Positions 25,911-35,463 of a stretch of DNA of 52,505 nucleotides are shown here, one piece after another (within the stretch, counting starts at the first letter, position 1; the number at the start of each line of letters is the position of its first letter). Source of the DNA: a virus (taxonomy: Duplodnaviria > Caudoviricetes); the IMG/VR virus record IMGVR_UViG_3300046050_000049, positions 1 through 52,505 of that record. One strand, 5' to 3'. The position numbers and the translations under genes were made by a program. Below the pieces are notes generated by a model that saw only the letters and a program-made list of their open reading frames with translations, made no database searches and was not told the DNA's origin.

Positions 25911-26456
25911 TTATGGGTTACTAAATGAGAGCGACACGTCGATGGTCGCCGTCGATTCGTCGTCCTTCACGATGTCTGAGATGAGCGCATGATTCAGCAG
26001 GACGTTCGATCCACCAGCGGCGCTCGTCACCAGCCCCGCTTCAACAAGTGTATTCCCGTTCGCTTCTGTGCTGTCTAAAAACGTCGATGTGAACAGCTCG
26101 CTGCCGCGGTCGGCGGTGTCGGTTACTGTGACTCGATAGACTTCGTTGTTCAGCGCGGAGTTGCCGCTGTCCGGTTGCGTACTGTCCGTACCGAGTGCGA
26201 GATGCGACGCCGACTCATCAACGGCCTGATCACCGTGGAGCTGGTCGACGATGAGCTCGTGGAGGCCGGTCGTCGTGATGTTTGATGATTCGACGACCCG
26301 CGTCGGCTCAACCTGACGAGCGAGCGAGAGCTGCTCCTGTTTCGAGAGCCCGTCCCACTCGTGATACCGCGAGCGAAGGTCGCCCACGTCGTGGAGACTG
26401 ATCCGGACGTTGTCGATGCCACTGATCTCTGGTGTAAGGTGTCTGTTGTCGCTCAT
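25911..26456 (-). CDS. Tail tip/fibre-attachment protein
   Basis: HLALGTD...ALNNEVYR...EANGNTLVEAGL motif typical of fibre-anchoring domains. Confidence 0.65.
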   Translation of the reverse strand: MSDNRHLTPEISGIDNVRISLHDVGDLRSRYHEWDGLSKQEQLSLARQVEPTRVVESSNITTTGLHELIVDQLHGDQAVDESASHLALGTDSTQPDSGNSALNNEVYRVTVTDTADRGSELFTSTFLDSTEANGNTLVEAGLVTSAAGGSNVLLNHALISDIVKDDESTATIDVSLSFSNP

Positions 26457-26487
26457 AGTTGCTCAATTTCGAGATCGCCGAGAACAG

Positions 26488-26811
26488 TCAGTCCCAGTAG
26501 TCTTCTTCCCAAGCCGCTTCGTTCCACGCTGCCTTCTCAACCGCGGCCGTGGTCGTGCTGGTCGCATCGCTGGTGCTGGTCGTCTCGTCAACCGCCGCAT
26601 CCGGACCCGTCGTCGCCGAATCCGTCGCGACGGCGGTGTCATTAACGGCCGCCGACGGGCCAGTCTCAACGGTGTCGTCGGTGGTCGTCGTTTCGCTGAC
26701 GCGCCGGAGAACACGCAAGACACCGCCGAACCGCTCGCCGGACTTCAGCCGATCAACATCCGACCGGAGATTGCGGAGTCGCTCTGCCGCCTCGCGGAGT
26801 GGGTCGCTCAC
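26488..26811 (-). CDS. Minor tail protein
   Basis: Position; Thr/Asp-rich with Trp-repeat C-terminus. Confidence 0.6.
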   Translation of the reverse strand: MSDPLREAAERLRNLRSDVDRLKSGERFGGVLRVLRRVSETTTTDDTVETGPSAAVNDTAVATDSATTGPDAAVDETTSTSDATSTTTAAVEKAAWNEAAWEEDYWD

Positions 26812-28250
26812 AGCGAACTCGCCTCCTGAAGCGACAGCTCGGTCGAGAGCATGGTTGATTCCGCATCGATCGTCGTTGAGCGCCGCGTGACCAGATACGT
26901 GCCGGTAACTGGCGCACCGGACCAGTCGCCGACGCCTGTATCGACGATATCGCCGGGCTGGAGTCGGTGGGCGCGAACGGATTCGGCTTCGCCGTCGATC
27001 GTTCGCGTCGGCGCAGTATTGTGCTGGAGATGCGAGCGTGCAGTGTCGCGCACTGCGGCGAATGTCCCGAGCGTGTCATCACGGATTCGGTGGTCGCGAC
27101 GACGATACTCGCCTGCAGCACCCTCATCGCGAGCTCTCGTGAGCAGCGGGTACGGATACTCAGCCTGATACGTGAGGTTCCCGTTCCCGTCGGTTCCAAC
27201 GAGATGACCTGTGGAGCCGGTTGCCTCGACGATCACCCACGGGTTATCGTTTGGTGCGAGGGTGTGCGAGGGCAGCAGAAACGTCGTCAGGCCGCCATCC
27301 GCGAGAAACTCTGGGCTGAGTCGCTTCGATGCGATATCCGACTCCGTCAACTCGACGGCGACGGGCGCACCGCCGCGATCGGACTGGAGTCGTACGGCGA
27401 GTTTGTCCGGACTCGTATCATCTGGATCAGTCCACACTTGGACGCGGTCCACCTCGGACTTTCGCGTCTGCACTTGTGTCATGATCCGGTCCGACCGTGT
27501 GACCCGCGTTGTTGCCGACTGGGATAGCTGTTCGTCGTCGGTGTCGTGAGCCGTGCCGCCGTCGACGCGGACGAGTGTTGCGAGGTCGTCGTCGTTTCCC
27601 GAGATGTCGATGCTTCCGCGAAGGTCTTCGGGCATGAGCGAGTACTTCACGCTGACATCCTGCAACGGTTCGAAGACAAGTGCGGTCCCCTCCTGAGCGA
27701 TCACCGCGTCGGCGATCGGCGCGAGGTCCTCAACGAGCACGGTCCGGAGATCGCGTCCGTTCACGAACGTATCCGTCTCCCGGGCGACGGTTCCGATCTG
27801 CGACCGGTCAATCTCTGGTGCTTCCTCACGCAGCAGCGAATCGACGATCGCATCTGGTGATCCTGCGATCGGTGCGTCCTCAAAGTCCACATAGGGCCGT
27901 CGCCACGAGAGGACGGCCGAGACGAAGTCCCGCGCGCCGATCTCGATGCTACGGCGGGTCCCGCCGGCGAGGGTGATACGTGGGGGCTTCGCGACTGCCG
28001 TCCAGAACTGGTTGAGCTGGGATTCGCCGGCAAGCTGCAGCCAGAGTTCGAGCCGGTCGCCAGCTGTGATATCGACGCCGTCGTAGCGACCGTGATCGTT
28101 CGGGATCGTAAAGCTACCTTGGTCAATTGCGCCCTGTCCACGTTCGGTGATGGTGACACTGTCGAGATCCCGGCCGGGGATACTCACGTGCGGCTGGTCG
28201 GCATTAGGATGGTAGACGCGGAGTTCCGCGTCGGCGATGGAGAGAGGCAT
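26808..28250 (-). CDS. Tail tip/baseplate hub-like protein
   Basis: Directly after the tape measure gene; beta-rich; LQPGDIV motif. Confidence 0.65.
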   Translation of the reverse strand: MPLSIADAELRVYHPNADQPHVSIPGRDLDSVTITERGQGAIDQGSFTIPNDHGRYDGVDITAGDRLELWLQLAGESQLNQFWTAVAKPPRITLAGGTRRSIEIGARDFVSAVLSWRRPYVDFEDAPIAGSPDAIVDSLLREEAPEIDRSQIGTVARETDTFVNGRDLRTVLVEDLAPIADAVIAQEGTALVFEPLQDVSVKYSLMPEDLRGSIDISGNDDDLATLVRVDGGTAHDTDDEQLSQSATTRVTRSDRIMTQVQTRKSEVDRVQVWTDPDDTSPDKLAVRLQSDRGGAPVAVELTESDIASKRLSPEFLADGGLTTFLLPSHTLAPNDNPWVIVEATGSTGHLVGTDGNGNLTYQAEYPYPLLTRARDEGAAGEYRRRDHRIRDDTLGTFAAVRDTARSHLQHNTAPTRTIDGEAESVRAHRLQPGDIVDTGVGDWSGAPVTGTYLVTRRSTTIDAESTMLSTELSLQEASSL

Positions 28251-28253
28251 GAA

Positions 28254-31058
28254 TTAGATGTCCAGTGCGTCAAGTTCGTCGCGGAGTGCCTTCGCGGCAT
28301 CGCGGCCCTCCTGCCGGCCGGACGCCTCAATTCGCTCGATGATGATCCGAGTCTCCCCCTCACTTGCGTCAACCGCACCGCGGTCGGTCACTTGTGCCGA
28401 CGGGACGACTCGCTCACCTGCATGCAAGATCGCCGCCCCTGCAGACTCGATCAGACCGCCCGTCGCGAGGCCGGTCATACCATGCGGGTCGTCTGGGACA
28501 GGTACGCTATCTGGACCGTCGTACACGGGGCCGGGCGAACCAGATCCGCCACTTGATCCACCCGAGGAGCCGCCACCGCCGGTACCACCACCGCCACCGC
28601 CACCACCACCGCCACCGCCACCACCACCGCCACCGATTGGATCTGGTGGGTCGGGCCAGTCGATATCGAGGTTTCCGTTGTACGCTTTTTTGACGATGGT
28701 CGGCAGCTCCGGCCAGTCAATATCGAAGCTGATCGCCCGGAAAACGGCACCAACAGCGTCGACCATCGCCTCCGCTGCGCTCTGTACCGCCCGCTTCCCG
28801 TCGTTTCGTAAGAACGCCGCTATCGACTGGATGGTCTCAGGAACAATGCTGTTTCCGATTAGTCCCTGATGAAGCCCTTCAAACGCAGCCATGACCACAT
28901 CGATGACAACACCGATGGCAGCCTTGAGGTCGCTCTTTGCGTCACTTATGAGATAGGACGCGATGTTTTTGATAAGTGACTTAACGATACCGCCCGCACC
29001 GATGACAGCCGTTTTCAGGGCGGACCAAGCTGCCTCGCCAACAGCCGTCAACACGAAGAATGCGGTCTTGAGGTCGCCTTTCGCATCAGTTCTGAGGTAG
29101 TTCACTGTCTGTGAAATCAAGGTCTTGATGATGCCCCCCGCGCCGATGATGGCGTCCTTCACCCCGAGGATTATCGTTCGAATGCCCAGTCCAAGCAGTC
29201 TAAACGCGGCCTTCACGTCCTCCGTGCCGATGTTCGTAATGTAGGTGACGATTGCGCTGAACACCGAACGGATCGTGGTTTCGATGGCCGTGAACGCGTC
29301 CGACACGAGGCCGCGAATGAGAGTGAACGCAGAATCGAAGTCGCCACGGACGATTGCGAGTCCTGCGCGGGCGAGCGTAATGACGGTGTCAAGGTAGGCC
29401 TTGACCACCCACGCGATGGCGCTGAACGCCGATTCTACGACGCCCATGATGCGGTCGCCATGCGCTGTCCAGAATGCCTGCAGTCGGTTGAGAGCGCCCG
29501 TCACGTACGGCTCGACGAAGTCGATGGCGGCCCGAACCCGACTGGAGATGATGCGCCACGTTTCCTTGGTTTCGGCCTGCAGTTTCTCACCGTGTTCCGT
29601 CCAGACTCCTTGGACGCCGCTGATGAACGGCGCGAGGAGGTCATTCCGGATGTAGTTGACCGCGTTCCCGACGCGTGTCTGCACCGCATCGAAGGCGGTG
29701 CGTGTCTTCTCCTGTATCCCGCCGATATCACGTTGCCACGCGACAGCAAGCCCAGCGATCGCGGCGATGGCGATGCCGATTGGACCGGTTAACGCCGTGA
29801 GTGCCGTTCCGAGGGCCGACGTGGCGGACCCGATAAGCCCAAACTGCGAGGCAAGTAGTGCCCCCCCACCGACCAACCCGCCAATGGCCGTTGTAACAAG
29901 TCCGATAGTGGCCGGAAGGCCATCGAATTGGTCGTTAAACCGGGTGAAGGCATCCAACGCGGGGAGGATCGCATCTTGGGTAAGGTTCTTTAGCACGGGA
30001 GCGAGTCGCTCGCCGACTGATCTGAATAGATTGTTCACACGGGCGCGGAGCAACTGAAATTGCCCCGACAGCGTGGAGGTTCGGATCTCCATCTCCCGTT
30101 GCAGGCTCGTCCCGTCCTCAAACTGCTCGTTGACTCTCTGTTGGGCCTTCTCTGTTCGGGACATCTGTGCGCCAAGCTTGCTGAAGGCTCGGGTAGCTCG
30201 TGTTCCGAGAGCTGAAGAAAGGTCTCTCGCGGCCTCTCCGCCGCCAACCATTTTCTCGCTTACAAGAGTGAGCAACTCCTCAGGACTCTCATCCCGCAGT
30301 TCTCGAAACTTCTCGGGAGGCATCCCCAGCGCCTGAGAAACGTCTTCGACCTTTTTTGGATTCATAAGTGCTTCCGCAGCACGTCGAAGCCCCCCAGCCG
30401 CTCTTCTACTGCTCGGAGAGACCTCATTCATCGAGGCGCTGAGTGCCAGTACGGCATCCTCCCCCAAGCCAAACTGCTCGGACAGAACGTTTGCAGCACG
30501 GGTAGCGGTATCAGTCACCTCGGAGGAGTTCGTTCTCATCGAGTCAGCGAGCGCGTTCACAGCATTTCCCAACTCCCCAATCTCATTCATCGGCGTCCCG
30601 ACCGCGCCAGCTATTTTTGCGAACCGCTTCCCGGCTTCTTCGGCGGCGAGATCTGTACCGACTGTGATTTTGCTGATGCTCTCGCTGAAGGAGAGAATTG
30701 CATCCTCACTCTCCGCGCCGAATTTCGCTGCTTGCGTCCCGAGTGCCGATAGCTTCTCAGCTGAGAGAGGAATTCGTTCGGCGAGCGTCTCAAACTGCTC
30801 AGAGAGTGTGGCAGCGATGTCGGTGCTACTTACCTTCTCGAGATCGGCGATAGCGTCCTCAAAATTCTGAAATTTGTCAACACTCGTTTTGAGTGCGCCG
30901 GTGGCGAGTGCTCCAAGAGCAATCCCGACGCCCCCGACTGCCTTTTTGAAACCACTTAACTTGCCGATGGAGTCGCTGATGTTCTGGTTGAACGACGATG
31001 TATCTGCCCCGACCGCGACCTGTACGGCGGGATCGCTGGAGAATGGATTTCTTGGCAT
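28254..31058 (-). CDS. Tail tape measure protein
   Basis: 934 aa, Ala/Gly-rich helical, FEDAIADLEKV, LTGPIGIAIAAI, GLATGGLI..G.A.LHAGERVVP. Confidence 0.92.
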   Translation of the reverse strand: MPRNPFSSDPAVQVAVGADTSSFNQNISDSIGKLSGFKKAVGGVGIALGALATGALKTSVDKFQNFEDAIADLEKVSSTDIAATLSEQFETLAERIPLSAEKLSALGTQAAKFGAESEDAILSFSESISKITVGTDLAAEEAGKRFAKIAGAVGTPMNEIGELGNAVNALADSMRTNSSEVTDTATRAANVLSEQFGLGEDAVLALSASMNEVSPSSRRAAGGLRRAAEALMNPKKVEDVSQALGMPPEKFRELRDESPEELLTLVSEKMVGGGEAARDLSSALGTRATRAFSKLGAQMSRTEKAQQRVNEQFEDGTSLQREMEIRTSTLSGQFQLLRARVNNLFRSVGERLAPVLKNLTQDAILPALDAFTRFNDQFDGLPATIGLVTTAIGGLVGGGALLASQFGLIGSATSALGTALTALTGPIGIAIAAIAGLAVAWQRDIGGIQEKTRTAFDAVQTRVGNAVNYIRNDLLAPFISGVQGVWTEHGEKLQAETKETWRIISSRVRAAIDFVEPYVTGALNRLQAFWTAHGDRIMGVVESAFSAIAWVVKAYLDTVITLARAGLAIVRGDFDSAFTLIRGLVSDAFTAIETTIRSVFSAIVTYITNIGTEDVKAAFRLLGLGIRTIILGVKDAIIGAGGIIKTLISQTVNYLRTDAKGDLKTAFFVLTAVGEAAWSALKTAVIGAGGIVKSLIKNIASYLISDAKSDLKAAIGVVIDVVMAAFEGLHQGLIGNSIVPETIQSIAAFLRNDGKRAVQSAAEAMVDAVGAVFRAISFDIDWPELPTIVKKAYNGNLDIDWPDPPDPIGGGGGGGGGGGGGGGGGTGGGGSSGGSSGGSGSPGPVYDGPDSVPVPDDPHGMTGLATGGLIESAGAAILHAGERVVPSAQVTDRGAVDASEGETRIIIERIEASGRQEGRDAAKALRDELDALDI
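28570..28634. repeat. CCA/CCG triplet microsatellite encoding poly-Gly in the tape measure protein
   Basis: Tandem CCACCG-type units. Confidence 0.8.
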
Positions 31059-31090
31059 AATTTTTATTGATCGGGTTTGTTGAGACAGCT

Positions 31091-31333
31091 ATGACCGAGG
31101 CTGAAGGGCCGTGTCAGAAGTGCGATTCACCCATCTCTACGGACGCCGCTCGATGTCCTGCGTGTGGATACGAGCCGGGTGCTGAAATTCGCAAGCAGGC
31201 AAGGTGGCGATGGGGGATTGGTGCGCTCTGCTGTCTCACTATCATCGGCGGGATCATTGGAATCCCGCTGGTTATCTCGGGGTTCTTACACCACCGGAAA
31301 GCGAAGAGCGCTACGCCAGTACATTCAGATTAG
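31091..31333 (+). CDS. Antisense moron: Zn ribbon plus TM helix
   Basis: CQKC...CPACG then CLTIIGGIIGIPLVI; opposite strand inside the tail operon; TTTTTATT upstream. Confidence 0.7.
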   Translation: MTEAEGPCQKCDSPISTDAARCPACGYEPGAEIRKQARWRWGIGALCCLTIIGGIIGIPLVISGFLHHRKAKSATPVHSD

Positions 31334-31353
31334 TTCTCTTCGCCCGCTTGGCG

Positions 31354-31626
31354 TCACGGTGTCGATTGTGTACCGTTCATCTCGCTGAGGAGCCGCTGGC
31401 GCTCGGCCCGCCGACCTGCCTCTAATTTTTGCTTGTGGTCGCGGATCGAACTATTCTCGCCCGCCGACTGCTGACCCTCCTGATGAATGAGGTGTCCGAG
31501 TAAGAGCGTATCCAGTTCTACAGGCGTTAATCCCGCAATCGCTGCGTCACCATGAAACGAATACGATGTCTCCGTATGAAGCCACCAGACGAACGATGCA
31601 TGGGACTCAACGGGATTCAGTTTCCC
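31354..31626 (-). CDS. Tail assembly chaperone -1 frameshift extension (lambda gpT-like)
   Basis: Slippery G GGA AAC just before the chaperone stop; -1 frame open for about 90 codons (KLNPVESHASFVWWLH...QSTP). Confidence 0.8.
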   Translation of the reverse strand, partial: GKLNPVESHASFVWWLHTETSYSFHGDAAIAGLTPVELDTLLLGHLIHQEGQQSAGENSSIRDHKQKLEAGRRAERQRLLSEMNGTQSTP

Positions 31627-31970
31627 GCTGCGCCACTCTGCCGCTGCTCAAGCTCCTCTTGAACCTCTTCCGCGTACTCGTCGCTACTCCCCTCTGAGTA
31701 GTCCACGATCCCCTCGACGTAGCACAGGAGTTCACGCATCGTCAGGTCCTCATCCTCTGGGATCGCGGGCTTCACGAGGTGTTTATCGATGATATCGCGA
31801 AGTTCGCTCGAACCGGTCTCTTCGCCCATACTCTCGTACTCCTCGAATTCCGAGATTGTCGGAGGGATGAGTTTGATCGTCACCTCGTCGCCATCCCATT
31901 GGTAGCTGTGGTCAACAGGTTGCAGTTCGCCGTCCTTGTCGCGCGTGGATGGTAGTCCGTATTCTGTCAT
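31617..31970 (-). CDS. Tail assembly chaperone (lambda gpG-like)
   Basis: Between tail tube and tape measure; acidic; slippery site at its end. Confidence 0.8.
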   Translation of the reverse strand: MTEYGLPSTRDKDGELQPVDHSYQWDGDEVTIKLIPPTISEFEEYESMGEETGSSELRDIIDKHLVKPAIPEDEDLTMRELLCYVEGIVDYSEGSSDEYAEEVQEELEQRQSGAAGN

Positions 31971-33214
31971 CAGTTAGCCTCCAGTTCGATCGCTGGGTCA
32001 CCCGACGCCGCGAACGTTTCTGAGATCGAGGCGACAGCCTGCCCACTCGCTTCGCGCTGCCGTTCTCCGTTGCCCTCGACGACCGTGTTCTTGAATCTAA
32101 ACACACCGCCCGAGAGCTCGTGTTCGTAGTCCTGCTGTGTCTTTTCCAGCGCCTCGATCATCGAGTCGTGCGAGACCTTCGGCCCGCCGACGTCGGCGTC
32201 GACGGTCACCGTGCGGTCCGACTCGTCGACGGTCGGGAGCCGCGAGGTGTGGACCGAGTCGGCCGAGAGGTCGTTCTCGACACTCCATCCGGCACTGATG
32301 ACGCGCGGACGGACCGGAGAGCCGACCGGTCGCTCGATGCGGTCGCCGACGAAGTGCTCGTAACTCGTGCCGATCGGGTCGGCGCGCGAGCCAGCGCCGA
32401 GTGCCGGGACGCCCTGATCGCCGTCGACGGGCTGGTCGTCCTCGCTGTAGGTCAGCCCGCCAGCGATCTCCATAATCGTCGTCCCAGAGCCGTCGGTGAC
32501 GGTCACGTCACCTTCTGGCTGGTCCGAGAGCCAGATCGCGTCGATGTCGTCGAACGACTCCGTGGTCGCGACCGCGGTCGTGCCGCTAAGCGCGACCGTT
32601 TCTGAGGTTGTCGCGCCCTCCGACTCGATGGTGATGTCCATCGAATCCGCATCGCTGTCGGAGACGATCTCCAGCGTCGAGGCGGCCGACAGCTGGTGGA
32701 TGGCGTACGACCGGACCTTTGTCGGCATCAACGAGAGCTCCATGAGGATCGGATCCTCACTCGACGGGTCGTTGGTCGCCTCCGCACTTTCGACTTTTGT
32801 GCCGCGGATGACGGTGTAGATGCGCATCCCTGCGCCGTCGTTTCCGCCCGGTGTCTCGGTTCGTTCGACCGCGAGCAACGTGCCGAGCAGCTGGTTATAC
32901 TCGTCGCGGAGGATCCCGTACGCGGCCGCCGACTGCGGATCCCCGTTAGCGTCAACGGGGAATTTCTGGAAGTCGTACCCCAGACTCGCAGACGGATCCT
33001 CCGTTCCTCGGTTGTGATCGGTCGCATCGGGGGTTCCGATGCCGTCCTGACGGGCGTAGCTCGCGCCGGGGTCGGCAGAGAACGATCGCATCGTGTCTGA
33101 AAAGCGCTGCCACTCGGGGTCAGTAGGGACCTCCATCGGTGCCGGCTCGATAAGGTACTCGTACCGGCCCGGAAGCGTCCCGCTCTCGGCTGTTGCGTAT
33201 TGATCAGTCGACAT
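31970..33214 (-). CDS. Major tail (tube) protein
   Basis: Position before the chaperone and tape measure; 414 aa, beta-rich. Confidence 0.7.
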   Translation of the reverse strand: MSTDQYATAESGTLPGRYEYLIEPAPMEVPTDPEWQRFSDTMRSFSADPGASYARQDGIGTPDATDHNRGTEDPSASLGYDFQKFPVDANGDPQSAAAYGILRDEYNQLLGTLLAVERTETPGGNDGAGMRIYTVIRGTKVESAEATNDPSSEDPILMELSLMPTKVRSYAIHQLSAASTLEIVSDSDADSMDITIESEGATTSETVALSGTTAVATTESFDDIDAIWLSDQPEGDVTVTDGSGTTIMEIAGGLTYSEDDQPVDGDQGVPALGAGSRADPIGTSYEHFVGDRIERPVGSPVRPRVISAGWSVENDLSADSVHTSRLPTVDESDRTVTVDADVGGPKVSHDSMIEALEKTQQDYEHELSGGVFRFKNTVVEGNGERQREASGQAVASISETFAASGDPAIELEAN

Positions 33215-33217
33215 GTC

Positions 33218-33400
33218 TTACTCCTTGGGTTCGATTGCGTCGTAGTGCTCTATCAGCGCCTCACCGACGGCGGCGGTAACGTTAGCCGTTCCATTGCCTG
33301 TGAACTCAACCGGCTCGTCGAGCAGCGGCTCGCCGTCGTCGTCAGTGAGGTCCTCGGTGTAGAGCAACTTCGTCGCCCCGTTTGTGTTCGTGATGAACAT
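33218..33400 (-). CDS. Small virion-module protein
   Basis: VEFTGNGTANV, similar to LEFTDGVATV of 35077-35457. Confidence 0.6.
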   Translation of the reverse strand: MFITNTNGATKLLYTEDLTDDDGEPLLDEPVEFTGNGTANVTAAVGEALIEHYDAIEPKE

Positions 33401-33405
33401 TCGTT

Positions 33406-33936
33406 TCAGGGTCGCTCTGTGTGTTTTAGCAAACCGATGACGACACGACGGTAGTGCGTCGGCGATCGGTTGGTATCGTTGCTCTCAGTCGGCGGTTCAG
33501 CGTTGACCCACTCGTAGCCATCCGGCACGGGCGGACCCTCGGCAGCCTCGTCGGCCTCAAACAGCACGCGATGTACTTCGCGGCCGAGCTCGTTCGCGAC
33601 CACGTCCGGGTGCGAGCCCTCGGTCTGGTAGACTTCTGCAGTATCGGGACCGCCCCAGCAGTCGATCTGTACGCTCGTGATGACATCTTGGATACCGCCG
33701 CGACCACCGGCATCAATGCCGGAATACCGTGACTGGCCGCCGCCGGACACGCTGGGATCTTCGGAGGCGATTGCGATCTGCGGATACTCGTTCTCACCGT
33801 CGTAGTCGGCGAAACGAACCCCGCCCGATGCGTTCGGCTTGGATGGATTGCCGGAATCGAACGAGACGGTGATGCTAGTCTCGTCGATGTAGGTCCGCAG
33901 GAACGTGACGAGATCCTGCTTGATATCGCGGGCCAT
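33406..33936 (-). CDS. Tail terminator-like protein
   Basis: Synteny; YPQIAI...VQIDCW. Confidence 0.6.
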   Translation of the reverse strand: MARDIKQDLVTFLRTYIDETSITVSFDSGNPSKPNASGGVRFADYDGENEYPQIAIASEDPSVSGGGQSRYSGIDAGGRGGIQDVITSVQIDCWGGPDTAEVYQTEGSHPDVVANELGREVHRVLFEADEAAEGPPVPDGYEWVNAEPPTESNDTNRSPTHYRRVVIGLLKHTERP

Positions 33937-33937
33937 C

Positions 33938-34288
33938 TTACTCGTTCACGACGATCAGGACGGTGACGCCGCTATCCTCGGGATGCGTGCTGAGTAGGCG
34001 ATACGTCTGCCCAGTCGGGTGCTTGAGAAGCGTCGGGTGTCCATCGTTGCTGCCGGCAGGCCAGAGTGTCGTCGCTTCGTCGGTGACAGCACGAAGCTCA
34101 AGGTCAGTTTCGACATCGGTTCCATCCGAATCGGTCGCCGTCTGTGGCCGCCCGCGACGTTCGAGGACGCCGATGAGCGTGCCGTCATCGCTGTAGTCCG
34201 GAGCCGACCGACCGCCGCCGCCAGTCGCGTTCTGGACGGTGTACGTTCGCCCCCGTGACCGGATCAGTCGGCGTACTGGTCCTGTCAC
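33938..34288 (-). CDS. Head closure/stopper-like protein
   Basis: Synteny, size, beta-rich. Confidence 0.55.
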   Translation of the reverse strand: MTGPVRRLIRSRGRTYTVQNATGGGGRSAPDYSDDGTLIGVLERRGRPQTATDSDGTDVETDLELRAVTDEATTLWPAGSNDGHPTLLKHPTGQTYRLLSTHPEDSGVTVLIVVNE

Positions 34289-34666
34289 TTAATTCACCCG
34301 GTGGATGGTTATGGATGCTATCAGCTGACCGGTGTCGCGGATGTCCTTTGCGTCGGCGATCCGCTTTGCTTCGTTTTGAACAGCGAGTGCAAGCGCTCTG
34401 ACGAGACCCGCCTCGTCTGAGATGTCGATGCCCTGTGCAGCGGCGATTTTACTCGCGTATTCGAGGGGGGACGCCTGCACGCGTTCCGCTGCTGGACGGA
34501 CGAACGGCCGCGCTTGCTGTTCGCTCGTGCCCATCTCCTGCTCAAGTGCGTACTCGACTGTCGGTCCGGCCAAGTAGACCGTGTCACCGTCGAAGCGAGT
34601 CTGTACTGCCTCCAGCACGTTGAGTGCGTCCCCGAGGCCGACCAGCGTCGCTCCCCAGCCGCTCAC
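34289..34666 (-). CDS. HK97 gp10-like neck/tail completion protein
   Basis: EYALEQEMGT...ARPFVRPA; DTGQLIASI. Confidence 0.75.
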   Translation of the reverse strand: MSGWGATLVGLGDALNVLEAVQTRFDGDTVYLAGPTVEYALEQEMGTSEQQARPFVRPAAERVQASPLEYASKIAAAQGIDISDEAGLVRALALAVQNEAKRIADAKDIRDTGQLIASITIHRVN

Positions 34667-35073
34667 GAGTCGTCACCCGTCGTGACGATGTGTCGGCTGG
34701 TATCACGAGTGACGCAACTGGACCGGCCGAACGCTTCGCCGGGGTCGGCTCGCCGAACACGTTTGCGGAGGTTCTGGATTTCCGCGGTTTCGTACTCGGT
34801 CGACGTTCGACCTGATGAGACGGACTCCCCGCGGCGGTCGCGCCCTTCGGCGATGCGCAGCGCTGCCAAGGCCGCCTCGAGGTCTTGGCGATGCTGATCG
34901 TCGGTGAAGGTCACGCTGGTGCTGTCGTACTCGCGGGTAATCTCTCGCTCGATCCGTCCGAGGATACCCGTGTCATCCGGGTCATTCTCTGCGCCCTCGA
35001 TGTCCGCGTCCGAGAGTACGGTGTCGATCTCGACGCGAACATCAGAGGCGGTCGTACCGGCGCTCGTCGTCAT
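34663..35073 (-). CDS. Head-tail adaptor protein
   Basis: Synteny; helical with ESVSSGRTSTEY. Confidence 0.6.
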   Translation of the reverse strand: MTTSAGTTASDVRVEIDTVLSDADIEGAENDPDDTGILGRIEREITREYDSTSVTFTDDQHRQDLEAALAALRIAEGRDRRGESVSSGRTSTEYETAEIQNLRKRVRRADPGEAFGRSSCVTRDTSRHIVTTGDDS

Positions 35074-35076
35074 GTG

Positions 35077-35457
35077 TTACTCCCGTCGCTCGTCGATGGC
35101 ATCGGCGACGCCATCTCGGTCACGGCCTTCAGCTTCGGCCGCTTCGATGGCGTCGAGATGGGCGTCGTAGTCGCCAGATTCGATGTCGGCGATCACGTCG
35201 TCCATCGGCGTCCGGTCGACGAACGCGGCGGGGTCGAAGGCATCGTCGCTGTCGACGGTGTCCTCGGACGTGCCGCTGTCCGCCGTGGAGCCGTCGTAGG
35301 TGATCGCCGCGTACCGGTCGGCGATTGCCTCGGCGCGAGCTTCGGCTTCGACCGTTGCCACGCCGTCGGTGAACTCCAGAACACCGTCCGGAGCGGCTCC
35401 GAGCGACAGCTCACCTGTGTACTCAGGGCGTCGCTCGTGGTGTACCTCGTAGGACAC
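35077..35457 (-). CDS. Hypothetical head-associated protein
   Basis: Follows the capsid gene; C-terminal AEAEGRDRDGVADAI. Confidence 0.65.
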   Translation of the reverse strand: MSYEVHHERRPEYTGELSLGAAPDGVLEFTDGVATVEAEARAEAIADRYAAITYDGSTADSGTSEDTVDSDDAFDPAAFVDRTPMDDVIADIESGDYDAHLDAIEAAEAEGRDRDGVADAIDERRE

Positions 35458-35463
35458 AGACGA

